Origin: Epithemia pelagica
Taxonomy: Eukaryota > Protista > Bacillariophyta
Direction: 5' to 3'
DNA: 64,000 nucleotides
Assembly (NCBI GenBank): GCA_946965045.2
Contig: OX337240.1
Location: 744,001-808,000 of the forward strand
Under the pieces are notes generated by a model that was not told the DNA's origin, did not search any database, and was given only the letters and a program-made list of their open reading frames with translations. Made by a program: the position numbers and the translations under genes. This document shows positions 41,709-53,333 of this stretch, piece by piece (the stretch's first letter is position 1; every line of letters begins with the position of its first letter).

Positions 41709-42962
41709 ATGCAATCAGGAGACACGGAAAACGGTTCCCCCGCTGTTATTGAAAAGACCAATTCCACAGACGATAGTCATGAAGCTGCAACGACTTCGCC
41801 AGAAGACTCTGGGATCGATGCAACCGAAGACTTCGAAGATATGAATCTACCAGAAGATTTACTTCGTGGAGTGTTTTCGTATGGTTTCGAGAAGCCCTCG
41901 GCCATTCAACAACGGGCAATCTTACCCATGATAAGTGGGCGAGATTTGATAGCCTAGGCTCAATCGGGGACGGGCAAAACTGGCACGTTTGCAATCGGAG
42001 CCCTTGCCTCGATTGACACGAAACAGAAGGGTTGCCAATGCATCATACTTTCGCCTACCCGTGAACTTGCGAAGCAGAGCAAAAATGTTGTCGAAGCCCT
42101 GAGCAACTTTATGAGCGTCAACATCCGTGCATGTATTGGTGGTCGAGAGTTCCCTGTGCGTGAAGACTGCGGTGCCCTCAGTCGCGGTGGTGTTCATGTT
42201 GTCGTTGGTACGCCAGGGCGTGTCCTCGATCTGGTGGAACGTGGAGCTCTTCGTATGGATGCCATTCGCCAAGTGATTTTGGACGAAGCTGATGAAATGC
42301 TTTCCCGTGGGTTTCGTGAGCAGATCTACCAGATATTCAAGTACTTACCAGAAACTGCGCAGATTTGCCTGTTCTCTGCCACTTTACCGTTGGATATCCT
42401 TGATATCAGCGAACGTTTCCTCCAAAACCCTATCCGTGTTCTTGTCAAGAAGGATGAGCTAACGCTACTTGGAATCAAGCAATTTTACATTGCTGTTGAC
42501 CGCGAAGATCACAAGTTGAGCACGCTTTGCGATCTCTATGAGGAGCTAACGATCTGTCAAGCCATGATCTATTGTAACACGAAGCACAAAGTGGAGTGGC
42601 TGCGTGACGAACTTCAAAGCCGGGATTTCACTGTTTCCTGTATTCATGGCGAGTTGGAACAAGAAGAGCGATCTCGTGTTTTGCAAGACTTTCGCTCTGG
42701 CTTGTCTCGTGTCTTGATTAGTACGGACCTTCTTGCCAGAGGCATTGATGTGCATCAAGTCTCCTTGGTTATCAATTATGACATACCCACCAACCGAGAG
42801 AACTACATTCACCGCATTGGGCGCTCCGGTCGTTATGGACGAAAAGGAGTGGCCATTAACTTGCTTGCCAATCGTGACTTTCTCAGCATCCGTGACATTG
42901 AGCAGTTCTATCACACAGAAATCTCCGAAATGCCTGCCGATATTGGCGGCCACTTTGAGTAG
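41709..42962 (+). pseudogene. eIF4A: eIF4A-like DEAD-box helicase with an in-frame TAG at 41955-57
   Basis: [56 protein letters not shown] all in one frame; the stop replaces the conserved Gln. Confidence 0.8.
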
Positions 42963-43126
42963 TCAACGAACCATGGTGCATTGTAGTAGAGGAAACCTTG
43001 CTTACATTTCTTGATAACTTCATATAATGATCGAGCATCTCTATAATTAACAGGCTACCTCAAACTCAAGAGTTGTCGTTTAAAGTTCTTACTATGACCT
43101 TTTTCCAGTCGTATCGTTTACAGCCG

Positions 43127-44743
43127 CTACTTTACGTGTTCCCAATTGTGGACCATGATTTTGGAAACACACTGAAGCGCATGACGTTGGAGTTCAGGGT
43201 TTTCGTGCTCGATTAGGGCCATGACCAATTCCTTGGCACCCAATCGTTTCGCAATAGCACGGCCATTTGGATAATGACGCACGAATTCTCCAATATCGTA
43301 ACAAGCAATGGCCGCCACTTCTTCATCACGGCTACTGCCCAACAAGGTGATCAAAACCTTGACCAAATGGAAATCTCCATCCGTACCTTCCATCATACGA
43401 GCATTCTCTTTGAAAAAGGCTTCGGTGTGAGTGGAACCCCATTGCAAATGGCCGGATTCTACTTCATTCTTGTAGACCTCCCAACGGCTCATCTCCTTGT
43501 AGTTCTCCTGCAAGAGTTTATGCAGTGTGTTGACATCTTCGACGAGATCAGGGTCTGTAAATTGTCGATCGCGCAAGTGGTCAATGGCCTTCATAAGACC
43601 ACAGGCAATCATTTCTGACAAAAAGGTTTTGCCAGTGATAGGAGGACCCGCAGGTGTGTTTCCACTTCCCGGAAGAGGCTCGTTGTCTTCGGGAACGCAA
43701 GTGGCAAGGTTGCGCAAACAGGAAAGGGCAACTCGGACCACCTTTTCTCTCGGTGCCACCGAAACCAAGTCTACCAAAGCGGACACAGCAAGCGTATCCT
43801 TGGAAAAGTCGGAACGGATCGCAGCGGATCGGTTCAATTCGTAGGTGAGGATCCACATGCAAAATGTGATTTCGTACAACTGTTGAACGGACGCTTGACC
43901 CATCTTCTTCTTGTCGGCCGTGGCAAGATTCTTTGCCTTTGAACCAACTCGGAGTTGGCGAGACATGTACTTGATGCCTCCGGATTTGCAAAACAAATTT
44001 CGCGTTTCAGGAGCATCCATAAGGATTTTGAGTGCAGGAGTGCAAATCGCAACAAGTGTTCCGGAAGCATTCTTTAGCTGAGAGACAATCCAAGCAGTAA
44101 TGGCTTCCAAAGGTTCAATCGCTGACGCGTACTGAATAGGACGAGAAGGTTTTCCGTCAATGCTTTGCAAGGCGGCGCGCTGGCTAGGACAAGCTGTGAC
44201 AAGGATCTTTGTAAGACAAAGGGCTGCAACCTTTTGAGCAAAAATGTCTCCCTTCCCACCCTTGTTAAGACAACGCAACAAAGCTTTCCATTGATCCACC
44301 AGAACGCCCTCTTTTCCAACGTAAAAGACACTGGCAATCGTAACACCCTTTACACCACCTTGAAGAGTGGCCAGAATTTCCAAGAGTTTGGTCAAGGAAT
44401 AGTGAGCAACAATGCCCAAGGGATCCGTTTCCAAAAGTTTGAGAGCGTCCTCTTTGGTCATTGCTACCGCACCATCAGAAGTTATTTTGGAGACTTCTCC
44501 AGCCCCTGCTCCAGCAGTATTGGCTTCTGCTAGCAACTTCAACAGCACTCGCGCATACATTGAGGCATCACGGCTATCGGCCAACGTGTAATCCATTGGA
44601 TTGGTCTCCGCCATGCGAAGCAGCGCTGTCTCTTGCGCCGTCAGCTTCAGCGTCGACAACGAGTCCCACTGAATCTGAGCAAAAGCATCCGCTACCGGTG
44701 ACTTGATACCCAAGTCGGATAACTTGGATAGGGAACTCGTCAT
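43127..44743 (-). CDS. ATP6V1H: V-type proton ATPase subunit H
   Basis: C-terminal SGHLQWGSTHTE.FFKENA, IACYDIGEFVRHYPNG, AKELVMAL..HEN..LQRHALQCVSKIM. Confidence 0.9.
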   Translation of the reverse strand: MTSSLSKLSDLGIKSPVADAFAQIQWDSLSTLKLTAQETALLRMAETNPMDYTLADSRDASMYARVLLKLLAEANTAGAGAGEVSKITSDGAVAMTKEDALKLLETDPLGIVAHYSLTKLLEILATLQGGVKGVTIASVFYVGKEGVLVDQWKALLRCLNKGGKGDIFAQKVAALCLTKILVTACPSQRAALQSIDGKPSRPIQYASAIEPLEAITAWIVSQLKNASGTLVAICTPALKILMDAPETRNLFCKSGGIKYMSRQLRVGSKAKNLATADKKKMGQASVQQLYEITFCMWILTYELNRSAAIRSDFSKDTLAVSALVDLVSVAPREKVVRVALSCLRNLATCVPEDNEPLPGSGNTPAGPPITGKTFLSEMIACGLMKAIDHLRDRQFTDPDLVEDVNTLHKLLQENYKEMSRWEVYKNEVESGHLQWGSTHTEAFFKENARMMEGTDGDFHLVKVLITLLGSSRDEEVAAIACYDIGEFVRHYPNGRAIAKRLGAKELVMALIEHENPELQRHALQCVSKIMVHNWEHVK

Positions 44744-45504
44744 TGTTAAAAGTTATTTGTTTCAAAAATTACCTGCAAGAAGCATAGAGAGATCAGATAA
44801 GAAAATGACGCCCTCACCAAAACAGCGCAACATCCTTCACGAAACAGTAGTACATGTATCTCAACAATGAATCACTCCTTTGATTCAAAAATCAATTTCG
44901 CCACCACCAGGTATAACACTCTCTCGGCCTTAACCTCATTGGAATCGCATTGCTGGCTAAATAGCGTTGTTCATTGAGGGAAGCATCACACTGCTCTGCT
45001 CAACGTAGGGCATCGATTCATGATCCATGATATTCCCATCCAAACACGTCCTGAAAGACTCCTTCGACATATATTCACAACAACGGCATTCATCCACTTA
45101 CAAGGCGAAAATCAATCGGGAGGCAAACGCCATGTTCCGTTGACATTTCCAACCACTACGAAAAAATCGACTTTTGAACAACCTCTCGTCCCAATTCTAT
45201 GATGTACTTTCTGATCTTTAGCAGTACATCCTCTCTCCCGGAGAAGAGTAGTCCATTCGGCGTGGCTGGGCGGGCGCGGCTTCAACGGATCTCTTCTTTT
45301 TCATCAATTTTCCAACATTTTTCAGTTTCGACTATACATGATAAAGTATAACACAAAGTAAAAAGTGAATTTTAAGGCGTTTTTCCATTTATTTTGTACG
45401 ACACGAAACAACATCCACCCCACTTTTGGACTGGGGGTCCGGGGTCTGGGGGGAGACAAACGCTATCTTCTTCATTCCAGTCCAGCATCCAAGAGAAGAC
45501 GACC

Positions 45505-46476
45505 ATGGAGGAAGACGAAGCAACAAACTCTACATCGCCATCATCTCAGGTGCATAAACGCCCTCGCATGGAGAAGCGACCACCACAAGCCTGCCCTCAA
45601 AATGACGATTGGGTGCTGCTGTCGCAAGGTGCAGAAGCACGAGTTTGGAAAGTCCCTCGAAGAAAAGAGGACAGTCTGCAGTCTTTTAACGAATTCATGA
45701 TTGTCAAGGAACGATTTTCCAAGGCCTATCGTCATCCGATATTGGACGAACGATTGATCCGACAACGATGTCGTATGGAAGGTCGATTGTTGGAAAAATG
45801 TCAACAATTACCCTCTCTGGCCGGCCGTATTCCCCGCGTCTTGAGAGTCGAGTCTCCCTTTCTCTATTTGGAATATATTGAAGGCCTTACAGTCAAAGAA
45901 TTCATCAATACAATTCATCAAAAGTCGTGGGACAAGGAATCGCAATCGACATGTTTGACAAAAATATCAATCGAAATGGGCCGTTTGATTGGAACTCTCC
46001 ATGGGGCAGGTGTTGTTCATGGCGATTTGACAACATCCAACATTCTGATCAAAGACGTGGATCCAAAGGCACTTGTTGCAAACACAAACAACGAAAATCC
46101 CTCTGCAGAATCTTGTGGCCATAATGACCCAATAGTTATGTATCTCATTGACTTTGGCCTCGCCAAGCAACTGAATCAACAAAAGAAACATAAGCTTCAT
46201 GCCAACACGACACGGTTGGAAGAAATGGCCGTTGATTTATACGTGCTGGAACGTGCCTTACAATCCACTCATCCACAACTGTCCCCGTCCTTTTGGAATG
46301 ACCTTGTAGAAGCCTATGTCTCCGCGTCTTTCAATGCCGAAGAGGACGACAACCTGGATCCAACCAAAACGAATGATACAAACAAGAACAAGGATCAGAT
46401 GCTAAAGGACAACCCTGTACTTAAGCGATTGGACCAAGTGCGACAACGAGGTCGGAAACGTGAATGTTTTGGCTAA
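45505..46476 (+). CDS. BUD32: KEOPS complex kinase Bud32/PRPK
   Basis: SQGAEARV, KERFSKAYRHP.LD, VHGDLTTSN, IDFGL, AVDLYVLERA and C-terminal VRQRGRKR. Confidence 0.93.
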   Translation: MEEDEATNSTSPSSQVHKRPRMEKRPPQACPQNDDWVLLSQGAEARVWKVPRRKEDSLQSFNEFMIVKERFSKAYRHPILDERLIRQRCRMEGRLLEKCQQLPSLAGRIPRVLRVESPFLYLEYIEGLTVKEFINTIHQKSWDKESQSTCLTKISIEMGRLIGTLHGAGVVHGDLTTSNILIKDVDPKALVANTNNENPSAESCGHNDPIVMYLIDFGLAKQLNQQKKHKLHANTTRLEEMAVDLYVLERALQSTHPQLSPSFWNDLVEAYVSASFNAEEDDNLDPTKTNDTNKNKDQMLKDNPVLKRLDQVRQRGRKRECFG

Positions 46477-46719
46477 TAAGGATGGGTTTTGTTTTAGATT
46501 GATTTACTGTTCATTTGTATTGTTACTACCTTGGTCATGAAGGATTCTAGAGGTTTTGCGAGGCGAAGTACTCACGTTCACCTACACCATGGTTTTCCTA
46601 CCTCCCCTTCCTTAATGAAGAGATGGATCGAACAGTTTGAGACGATGATGAGTAATGTGCGTAGATGCAAATTCTTGCGATAGAAAGGAATGATTGGATT
46701 TTTTAGATGGTGATTCGAA

Positions 46720-47160
46720 CTAGGCTCTCAATAGGCAAGCTCCACCGGCTGCCTTTATTTTCTTTTCTGCCAACTTGGAGAAATATTTCGCCTTGACAAT
46801 TACAGGAACAGTGATTTGACCACCTCCCAAAAGCTTGAAGTATCCCTTTTCCACCAAATCGATCACGGGAGCCTTGCCGTCACCGTTCTTGGCAGCTTCG
46901 TACACACCATCCCCAGCAACATTGAAAAGCTTATCCAAGTTCATTGTTGGAGTGTAGCTGCGGTTTCTCAAGACATGAAACTGTCGCATACCAATCTTTC
47001 CAAAGTAACCCGGGTGAAATTTATCAAACAAAATACGGTGGTGATGTTGACCTCCAGCATTACCACGACCACCGGGATGCTTACGGTGCTTTCCAATACG
47101 ACCGTGACCAGCCGAAACGTGGCCTCTCTTCTTTCTGTTCTTGTGCAAGCGGGTCGGCAT
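46720..47160 (-). CDS. RPL27A: 60S ribosomal protein L27a (uL15)
   Basis: [42 protein letters not shown]...[12 protein letters not shown]. Confidence 0.97.
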   Translation of the reverse strand: MPTRLHKNRKKRGHVSAGHGRIGKHRKHPGGRGNAGGQHHHRILFDKFHPGYFGKIGMRQFHVLRNRSYTPTMNLDKLFNVAGDGVYEAAKNGDGKAPVIDLVEKGYFKLLGGGQITVPVIVKAKYFSKLAEKKIKAAGGACLLRA

Positions 47161-47867
47161 GGTCTGTTCGTACAAAACAAGGACCAAGGAGAGGTTGTGT
47201 GAGAATGGATCGATCCCTCTCGTTGTCGCGTTATTTTGCGCTCATATGGCACTCCAATCTCTCTCAACGTCCCTCTCTACGATACTTCGTTCGAATACAA
47301 GGAAAACTACAGACGCAGAACTTTCTCAAAGGAACTGGGCTTCATCTTACCTCTCTATGTCGGGTGTCGGGCTTATTGGTCCAAACGACTCTGTTACATG
47401 CGGCGTCAAAACACACCACTTACCGCCTTACTAACAAAAGTTCGATCCGTGTCTCAAAAGTACGACTGAAATATTTGTCCCTGTCGCGACCTACCCACTG
47501 TTGACCGCTACAGATAGGAGTACCCATCAGATGAAGTGGCTACTATACTCCTACTATATTCCTGAATGCTTTCAAATCATCCATCAACTGGACACTCCGA
47601 GAGCCTATTGATCTACAACAGATTGAACAGATGGGTTGGATGGTGGTTCTGTTGTGGCACAAGCTGGGTCTCTTCCCTCTCCGCCTGAACACTTTCTTGT
47701 GTCGTAATTGCTAAACTATACTACCATTTCTCGAACGTGATTGGACCTCCTCTTGCGTTGCTTATCACGACAGAATAAATGTGTATAGCATTCTATTACA
47801 TAGGATCAATCCAGAATATTGTCAGTTTAGGTTGAAATATACAGCCTTACGTTCTATTTCGTTGAAA

Positions 47868-50800
47868 CTAGTCTTCGACGACTCGTCCGTAGAACTTGAC
47901 AGATTCACGGATTTTACCACGACATTCAGGACACTTGTAACGAAGTTTCTTCAGGGTCTTGGATGTTGCACAGGTTTGACAAAGACATGGATGCCCACAT
48001 GGTACGAGGATATGCGAAACAGGATTTTCCCAACAAATGACACACATCTTTGTGTTCGCCGAACTCTCGCTCGGGGAAGAGGAAGCTTGTTTACTCGCTG
48101 GTGACTTTTCCCGAACTAGCAGAGAATCCATTTCCTTGACTAACGTGTTCGCTTCATCGGAGACACGTCCACTACGTGCTACCTGCCCTCCCGCTGGTCG
48201 ACGAGAGGAAGCATGGGTTGGTGTCCTTTGTACCGTCCTTGACGCTCTTGGAGAGTCAAGAAGTGGGGACGTGTGCTGACTTGATGCCAGTGAAGATTGA
48301 GGAATCCTCGCTCGATGTCGTGTATTTCTAATGGTGTGTTCGTGACCTCCCATGTTACTTCTATTGGATCCACTTCTGTTCGATTCTGTTGCAGATTGCT
48401 GTTCAACGTTCGGGACTCTCCTCTGCTCAAACTGCACATTTGATGAATATTGTTGTTGATGCACTCTTTGAGACTGTCTGCGTCCAGCAACCGCGACATC
48501 TGTTGCGGCTGAATCGTCCGTGTTTGAATTTAAGGACGATTGCCTGTTGACCGCAGGGACTCTTCTGGTCGGTCGTTCTCGTATAGTATTCACCGGAGAA
48601 CCGGCTGGGCTTGAAAGAACACGCGTGTGGTGGTGCTGGCGACGGTAATTTGAATTACGAGAACGCCGTGGTCTAGTTCCGTAGGCACCACCTGGAAAAT
48701 AATTGGTCGTAGGCACAGTCCCCCCTGGGCTTTGACCGGGTTGCCTTCTTGCTCTCACAATACGGCGAGATGATGAGCTCAGGACTCGATAGGTAATCAC
48801 GTACTCGGGAAAAGATTGAGACGGTCTGCGAATGGAATAAATTTTGCTTTGGTTGGCCCCCCGTTTGCACGTGGAATGATAGTGAAGTTCATGAGGTGGT
48901 ACATCGGGTTCATTAATTTCCCTCTCGTCAACCCTTCCCAATGCCACCCTGGACAACACAAGCTGACGAATTTCACCCCCATTGTTTGGCATAAGGTACG
49001 CATTCTGGTGACTTGACGCCGAACTCTCAACCAGGAAAAAGCCTTGAGTAGTTGAGAAAAGCTCGTCGTATTTGCTGATGGAATAAACCAAGTCAGGTAT
49101 TGGAGACTCTGTCAGAGTGCCAAGGAATAGACGCTTTTCGTTGACAATTCCCCAGTTTTGTTCTGCCACTCGCTCACGTTGAGAGGCATATCGCTTCCAC
49201 ATTGCCGCTGATTGAACCCTCTTGATCGATTCGACTCTACACGCCATTGTATCCATGCCGCCCACGATGGAGTGGAACGGTTTCAGAACTAACTCTCGTT
49301 CGTTCGTGTCCACAACCTCAACCAAAACACCATTGTTCATTTCCCAAGAATCAGGTGGAGGAATTGGTTTTCGAGGTGGAACTCCTCGTGCCAAATGCAC
49401 AGGTGCGTTAGGTATTCCAACAGGTATAGGGGGAATGACACGTTTCACTTTGGGTGCCACAAAAACCATGTTGTTGTTTCTTTCATGCACCCCGACAACG
49501 ACAAAACAACCGTAGATGGTTTGTCCCAATGAGAGATTCGTATTGGCATCTCCCTTAAGGACGATACCATTGGCCATTCTTGTTTCACTTCCAGCGACCG
49601 ATTCCGGGCCAACCCTAAGCTCATACTTATTTCTGGCACCAATTCGACAGCAGATTGCTTTAGGCACTTCTAAAACTGACATTGGTGGGAATGCAACATC
49701 AGTGTATCCTCCGTCTGGATCAAGCCTGACAACAACGCCAATGCTCCCATTTTCTGGTTGGTAGGAATCGGTTTCAGTTGGAGTCCAATCCGGTCCACTT
49801 TGTACAAACATTCCGAGCTGTACATTGTCGATTGTCACTGGAGCACCAGGCAAGGCGGTCTTTGCGGCCACCACTGTATCCGCTAGCAAAGGACTGCGTG
49901 GATCTTCTTGGAGTGGTTTTTCAATCTGAGAGGGTGCCCACCGTTCGGTGGGCATGGGATCCAGCAATAACTTGACAAGGTTTCGAAGAGCATCCGAGTA
50001 TCCGACAATATGTCGTTGGCTGTTTCCATCAGTACCATTATTCCTGTTTGGTTGCGGAAGCCATGGTAGTCGCAGACACGGTAAGTCGAGAGCGGCATTC
50101 ACCGATTGTCTCTCATTGATATACTCTGCCAACGTTTGTTCGTCCGTCAGATCCACAAGCTTTTTACAGCAAAGCATTTCATACATGATACAGCCAAGAC
50201 CAAAGGCATCAATTTTCTCCACATCCAAACCGGAGTAGTCACTTCGTGCATGGGCGGCTTGAAGTTCCGGAGAGGCGTAAATCTCGGAAAACCCAACACT
50301 TTCTTCTCCAGGCGCCACAGCACTGCCAAAATCCGCAAGAAGGAGCTTGCCTCCGTCGGATCGATCAATGAGAACATTGGAGCTCTTGACGTCATGATGT
50401 GCCACACCTCTTTCATGCGCAAAGGCCAGTGCGGAACTAAGCTGAAGTGCATACCACGCAATTCTTCGTTCTGCATAGGGATCTTGATCTAGCTTGGACT
50501 CAATCTCTTGCGCCAATGTCCCCCCATCGGCATATTTCATGACAAAACAGCCAAATCCTGGACCAGTGAACCAATCTTCAAAGAATACAATAGACAGAGC
50601 TCGGTTCTCGTCACTGGATGAGGCATGGTCGTCATCTAATTGCGAAACCGAATCCAATTCCCTGTTGAATTTCTCTTCCTCCTCCTCCTCATCCCCATCC
50701 AATTCAAACCTCATAAACTTTAACGCTACGAGACGACCAGACCTCTTCTTGGCCAGAAACACACTTCCAAAAGCTCCATGTCCTAGGCATCGGACTTGTT

Positions 50801-50930
50801 GAAACTCCTGATCAATCTGTGCCAGTTGCGTATGTTCGGGGCTTTCTTCCAACTCTACGGAAGAGTCATTCTGGGGTGATCCTGCAGGAGATGTCCCTTC
50901 TTGTTGCCCAGACACTGCCCTTGTCGCCAT
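47868..50930 (-). CDS. Multidomain protein: kinase + MIB/HERC2-like + PARP-catalytic-like + disordered linker + RING (C3HC4)
   Basis: LGHGAFGSV/VALK/HHDVKSSN/DFG/SPE; GMFVQSGPDW..G..G.V..CRIG..NKYEL; IKRVQ...W.RY...NEKRLFLGT..RVALG..Q.FPEYVITY; CVICW..PCGH.C.C..C...CPECR. Confidence 0.8.
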   Translation of the reverse strand: MATRAVSGQQEGTSPAGSPQNDSSVELEESPEHTQLAQIDQEFQQVRCLGHGAFGSVFLAKKRSGRLVALKFMRFELDGDEEEEEEKFNRELDSVSQLDDDHASSSDENRALSIVFFEDWFTGPGFGCFVMKYADGGTLAQEIESKLDQDPYAERRIAWYALQLSSALAFAHERGVAHHDVKSSNVLIDRSDGGKLLLADFGSAVAPGEESVGFSEIYASPELQAAHARSDYSGLDVEKIDAFGLGCIMYEMLCCKKLVDLTDEQTLAEYINERQSVNAALDLPCLRLPWLPQPNRNNGTDGNSQRHIVGYSDALRNLVKLLLDPMPTERWAPSQIEKPLQEDPRSPLLADTVVAAKTALPGAPVTIDNVQLGMFVQSGPDWTPTETDSYQPENGSIGVVVRLDPDGGYTDVAFPPMSVLEVPKAICCRIGARNKYELRVGPESVAGSETRMANGIVLKGDANTNLSLGQTIYGCFVVVGVHERNNNMVFVAPKVKRVIPPIPVGIPNAPVHLARGVPPRKPIPPPDSWEMNNGVLVEVVDTNERELVLKPFHSIVGGMDTMACRVESIKRVQSAAMWKRYASQRERVAEQNWGIVNEKRLFLGTLTESPIPDLVYSISKYDELFSTTQGFFLVESSASSHQNAYLMPNNGGEIRQLVLSRVALGRVDEREINEPDVPPHELHYHSTCKRGANQSKIYSIRRPSQSFPEYVITYRVLSSSSRRIVRARRQPGQSPGGTVPTTNYFPGGAYGTRPRRSRNSNYRRQHHHTRVLSSPAGSPVNTIRERPTRRVPAVNRQSSLNSNTDDSAATDVAVAGRRQSQRVHQQQYSSNVQFEQRRVPNVEQQSATESNRSGSNRSNMGGHEHTIRNTRHRARIPQSSLASSQHTSPLLDSPRASRTVQRTPTHASSRRPAGGQVARSGRVSDEANTLVKEMDSLLVREKSPASKQASSSPSESSANTKMCVICWENPVSHILVPCGHPCLCQTCATSKTLKKLRYKCPECRGKIRESVKFYGRVVED

Positions 50931-51517
50931 GGCCTTCGACAAACTCGTTTCTTCAAACTTTGCTGAAAATCTGTGCTCAACGGCAGAAGAAATCTTCCTC
51001 ACCCGTCTTTTCGAGTGAATGGAAAGAACTTCAACAGAAGTTAAAGGTTGATGGAATGGTTTATTGTAATCCTCTGGTATCGGTTTCTCGAGAGATTGTT
51101 TCGGTTCCTATAACCACGTCTCCAAACAAATCCCTCCACAACCAAGACCACAAACAACAAAGAAGAGCTTTCGGAGATTTGTTTGCAAAACTGACAACGG
51201 GGGAGGAGAAGGGCCATCTCTCCAGATTCCTCGCTTCTCTTTGTCTGTTCTGGCTTTCTTTGGATGTGACTGCGGTGATCCCCCCACGCGCGTGCAGGCA
51301 AGCCGGCATCTCTCGTGCGTTGAAACGGATGGAAAGCGCGCACCTACCGACTACATAATTCACAGCTTTTCTTTGAGATGCGCTGCCCCCCCTCTTTTTT
51401 GACACACCCCTGGATCAGAAACACGATTCGGAAAAAGGTGTTCCACCTTCCGTCCCATTTCATCATCTCTCTCTTGCTGTCAACATCTCTCTAGAGAATC
51501 ATATCATTTTGCACAAG

Positions 51518-52180
51518 ATGTTGCGGTCCGTCTTTTGCCTTTTACTGCTTCTCTCCTTGCTGGAGTTGAGTCTCTGTCGATTGTCAGATTCCAGTCATGA
51601 GGATTCGCACGTCCCGATCGACCAACAGCGGAAGGATCTGTCCAAGAACACGACCTCCATGTGTGAACGCATCCATCCAGAAGATCTCCCGGAAGAATGT
51701 TCTTGTCATGATAAGCCACCGTTGGGATTGGTGGTCAATTGTTTGAAAGAGTTTGACTCGGAATTTTTCAATGACACGATTGGCATGTCCATTGATGTGG
51801 ATCCCTGCAACCCCCAAGGATCCAGTGTTTCCGTCTATGTGACGGAATTGAATCATCATATCAGTTATGCGATTGCCTCGGTACGGGCAGGAGAAGAAAA
51901 GGATTTTCCCATTCCGGGCTTGTCCATTATTGTACCGGGTTTGGGTCACGTGGGCATTGATGTGGCCATTTTCATTGCGGGCAACCCGGACACGCTCTTG
52001 ATGAAGATTGGTTTGAATGCTTGTGCGGTAATGCCCCACAGGACCATTTGTGCGTCGTCCATTCCAGGACTCAATAACATTTTCCCTTGGTGGGTCTTGT
52101 CCGGAAGCTATCATTTTGGTGACATTTGTGAATCAGTCATGGCAGCCAAAGATATGGACATGGCTGTCGCCGAACAGTAA
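51518..52180 (+). CDS. Hypothetical secreted Cys-containing protein
   Basis: Hydrophobic signal peptide MLRSVFCLLLLLSLL and spaced cysteines; no family recognised. Confidence 0.65.
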   Translation: MLRSVFCLLLLLSLLELSLCRLSDSSHEDSHVPIDQQRKDLSKNTTSMCERIHPEDLPEECSCHDKPPLGLVVNCLKEFDSEFFNDTIGMSIDVDPCNPQGSSVSVYVTELNHHISYAIASVRAGEEKDFPIPGLSIIVPGLGHVGIDVAIFIAGNPDTLLMKIGLNACAVMPHRTICASSIPGLNNIFPWWVLSGSYHFGDICESVMAAKDMDMAVAEQ

Positions 52181-52599
52181 AGGATGCTCTATGAAAAAAG
52201 ACTTTCAGGACGTTCCATCGTGTAGTTGAAGGTGCGGAGTGGTGTCCATTTCTTGGGAACAGAAACAACCTCAAGAGGAACATTTCATCGGAGCTTTCTT
52301 GGACGTTCATATCCATGTTAATACATTATTTCTTGTGGAAAAAGGAGCATCACTGTATTAGTCTTTGCACTCTATATTATATCCTTCCAGAACATAGGAA
52401 CATGATGAAGAAGACGATCCTTCGACTACACAAGTGAAAGGAGCTGGACTAAGATGGAAATTGGATGGAGCGATAGATAAGGTAGCTCCTCATTGGATCG
52501 TTGGTTTCGGTGGCTCGTTGGTCGCGTACTGGAGAGTACGTCACGTGTGGTCATCCATCTTCCCAACTTGCACTTTTTCGAAGGGATGCGTTGCGCGAG

Positions 52600-52839
52600 T
52601 GAATAAATAATCACGGGCGCCCCCTTTGTAACCTACGAAGGGCCTCGCCATGCCTCGCTACGTACCGCCTGGCATCGCCCGGCCCCTAACTATGTGTTCG
52701 CTAGTGGGTACCGTGGTCGCTATTTGGCCCCTACGTGAGCGATTTGCCCCCAAAGGGCACCCCTAGTTTAGTTATCATAATTTCTGATAGTTTGATTGTT
52801 GCAAGCCGTATATTGCGTCTGGCTGTCAGTTTTTATTCA
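52600..52839 (+). repeat. 5' LTR of copia B
   Basis: 239/240 identical to 59767..60006. Confidence 0.95.
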
Positions 52840-53333
52840 GTTTATCAGACCCAAGTCTGTTGTTTCCCCACTGTTCGCCGGACGGCAAGCGCCTGATCAA
52901 CGCTCGGGAGTTGTTCGCGCTAAGCGGCTTCGTCACTCGCTCGCTTGCGTCATCTCTGTGACTTGTTTTGTCACTGTGGGACCCACTCGCTAATTTGTGA
53001 CTTGCGACTGCACAACGTATCGTGCACGTGCTCGTACACGTGGACCGTCCATCCACGCGCTCCGTACGACTCAATTATATAAGCCTTCTGGCTTTCGACA
53101 CGTGCCTGCTTGCTCGCGGAATCGCCGGTTCGCCGACTCGCGGATTCGCCGATCGCCAGCTCGCTCGCTCGCGGAATCGCCGGACGACTACTCGCCGATT
53201 CACTCGCAGATTGTTGGCTCACAGAAATTCGCTCCTCTCATCACAATTGCAAATTTCTGCACAAGAACAAGCCTTCCCTTGCCATCCGTTTGACCTTCTA
53301 CTACCCTCCTACCCTTCATCCGACCCTTGAACC

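Noticed and set aside
29870-41957. Genome-wide UAG-to-Gln reassignment suggested by two in-frame TAGs
   Set aside because: Conserved genes here end normally at TAG (kinase 1621, epimerase 7342, eIF4A 42962, RPL27A 46720).
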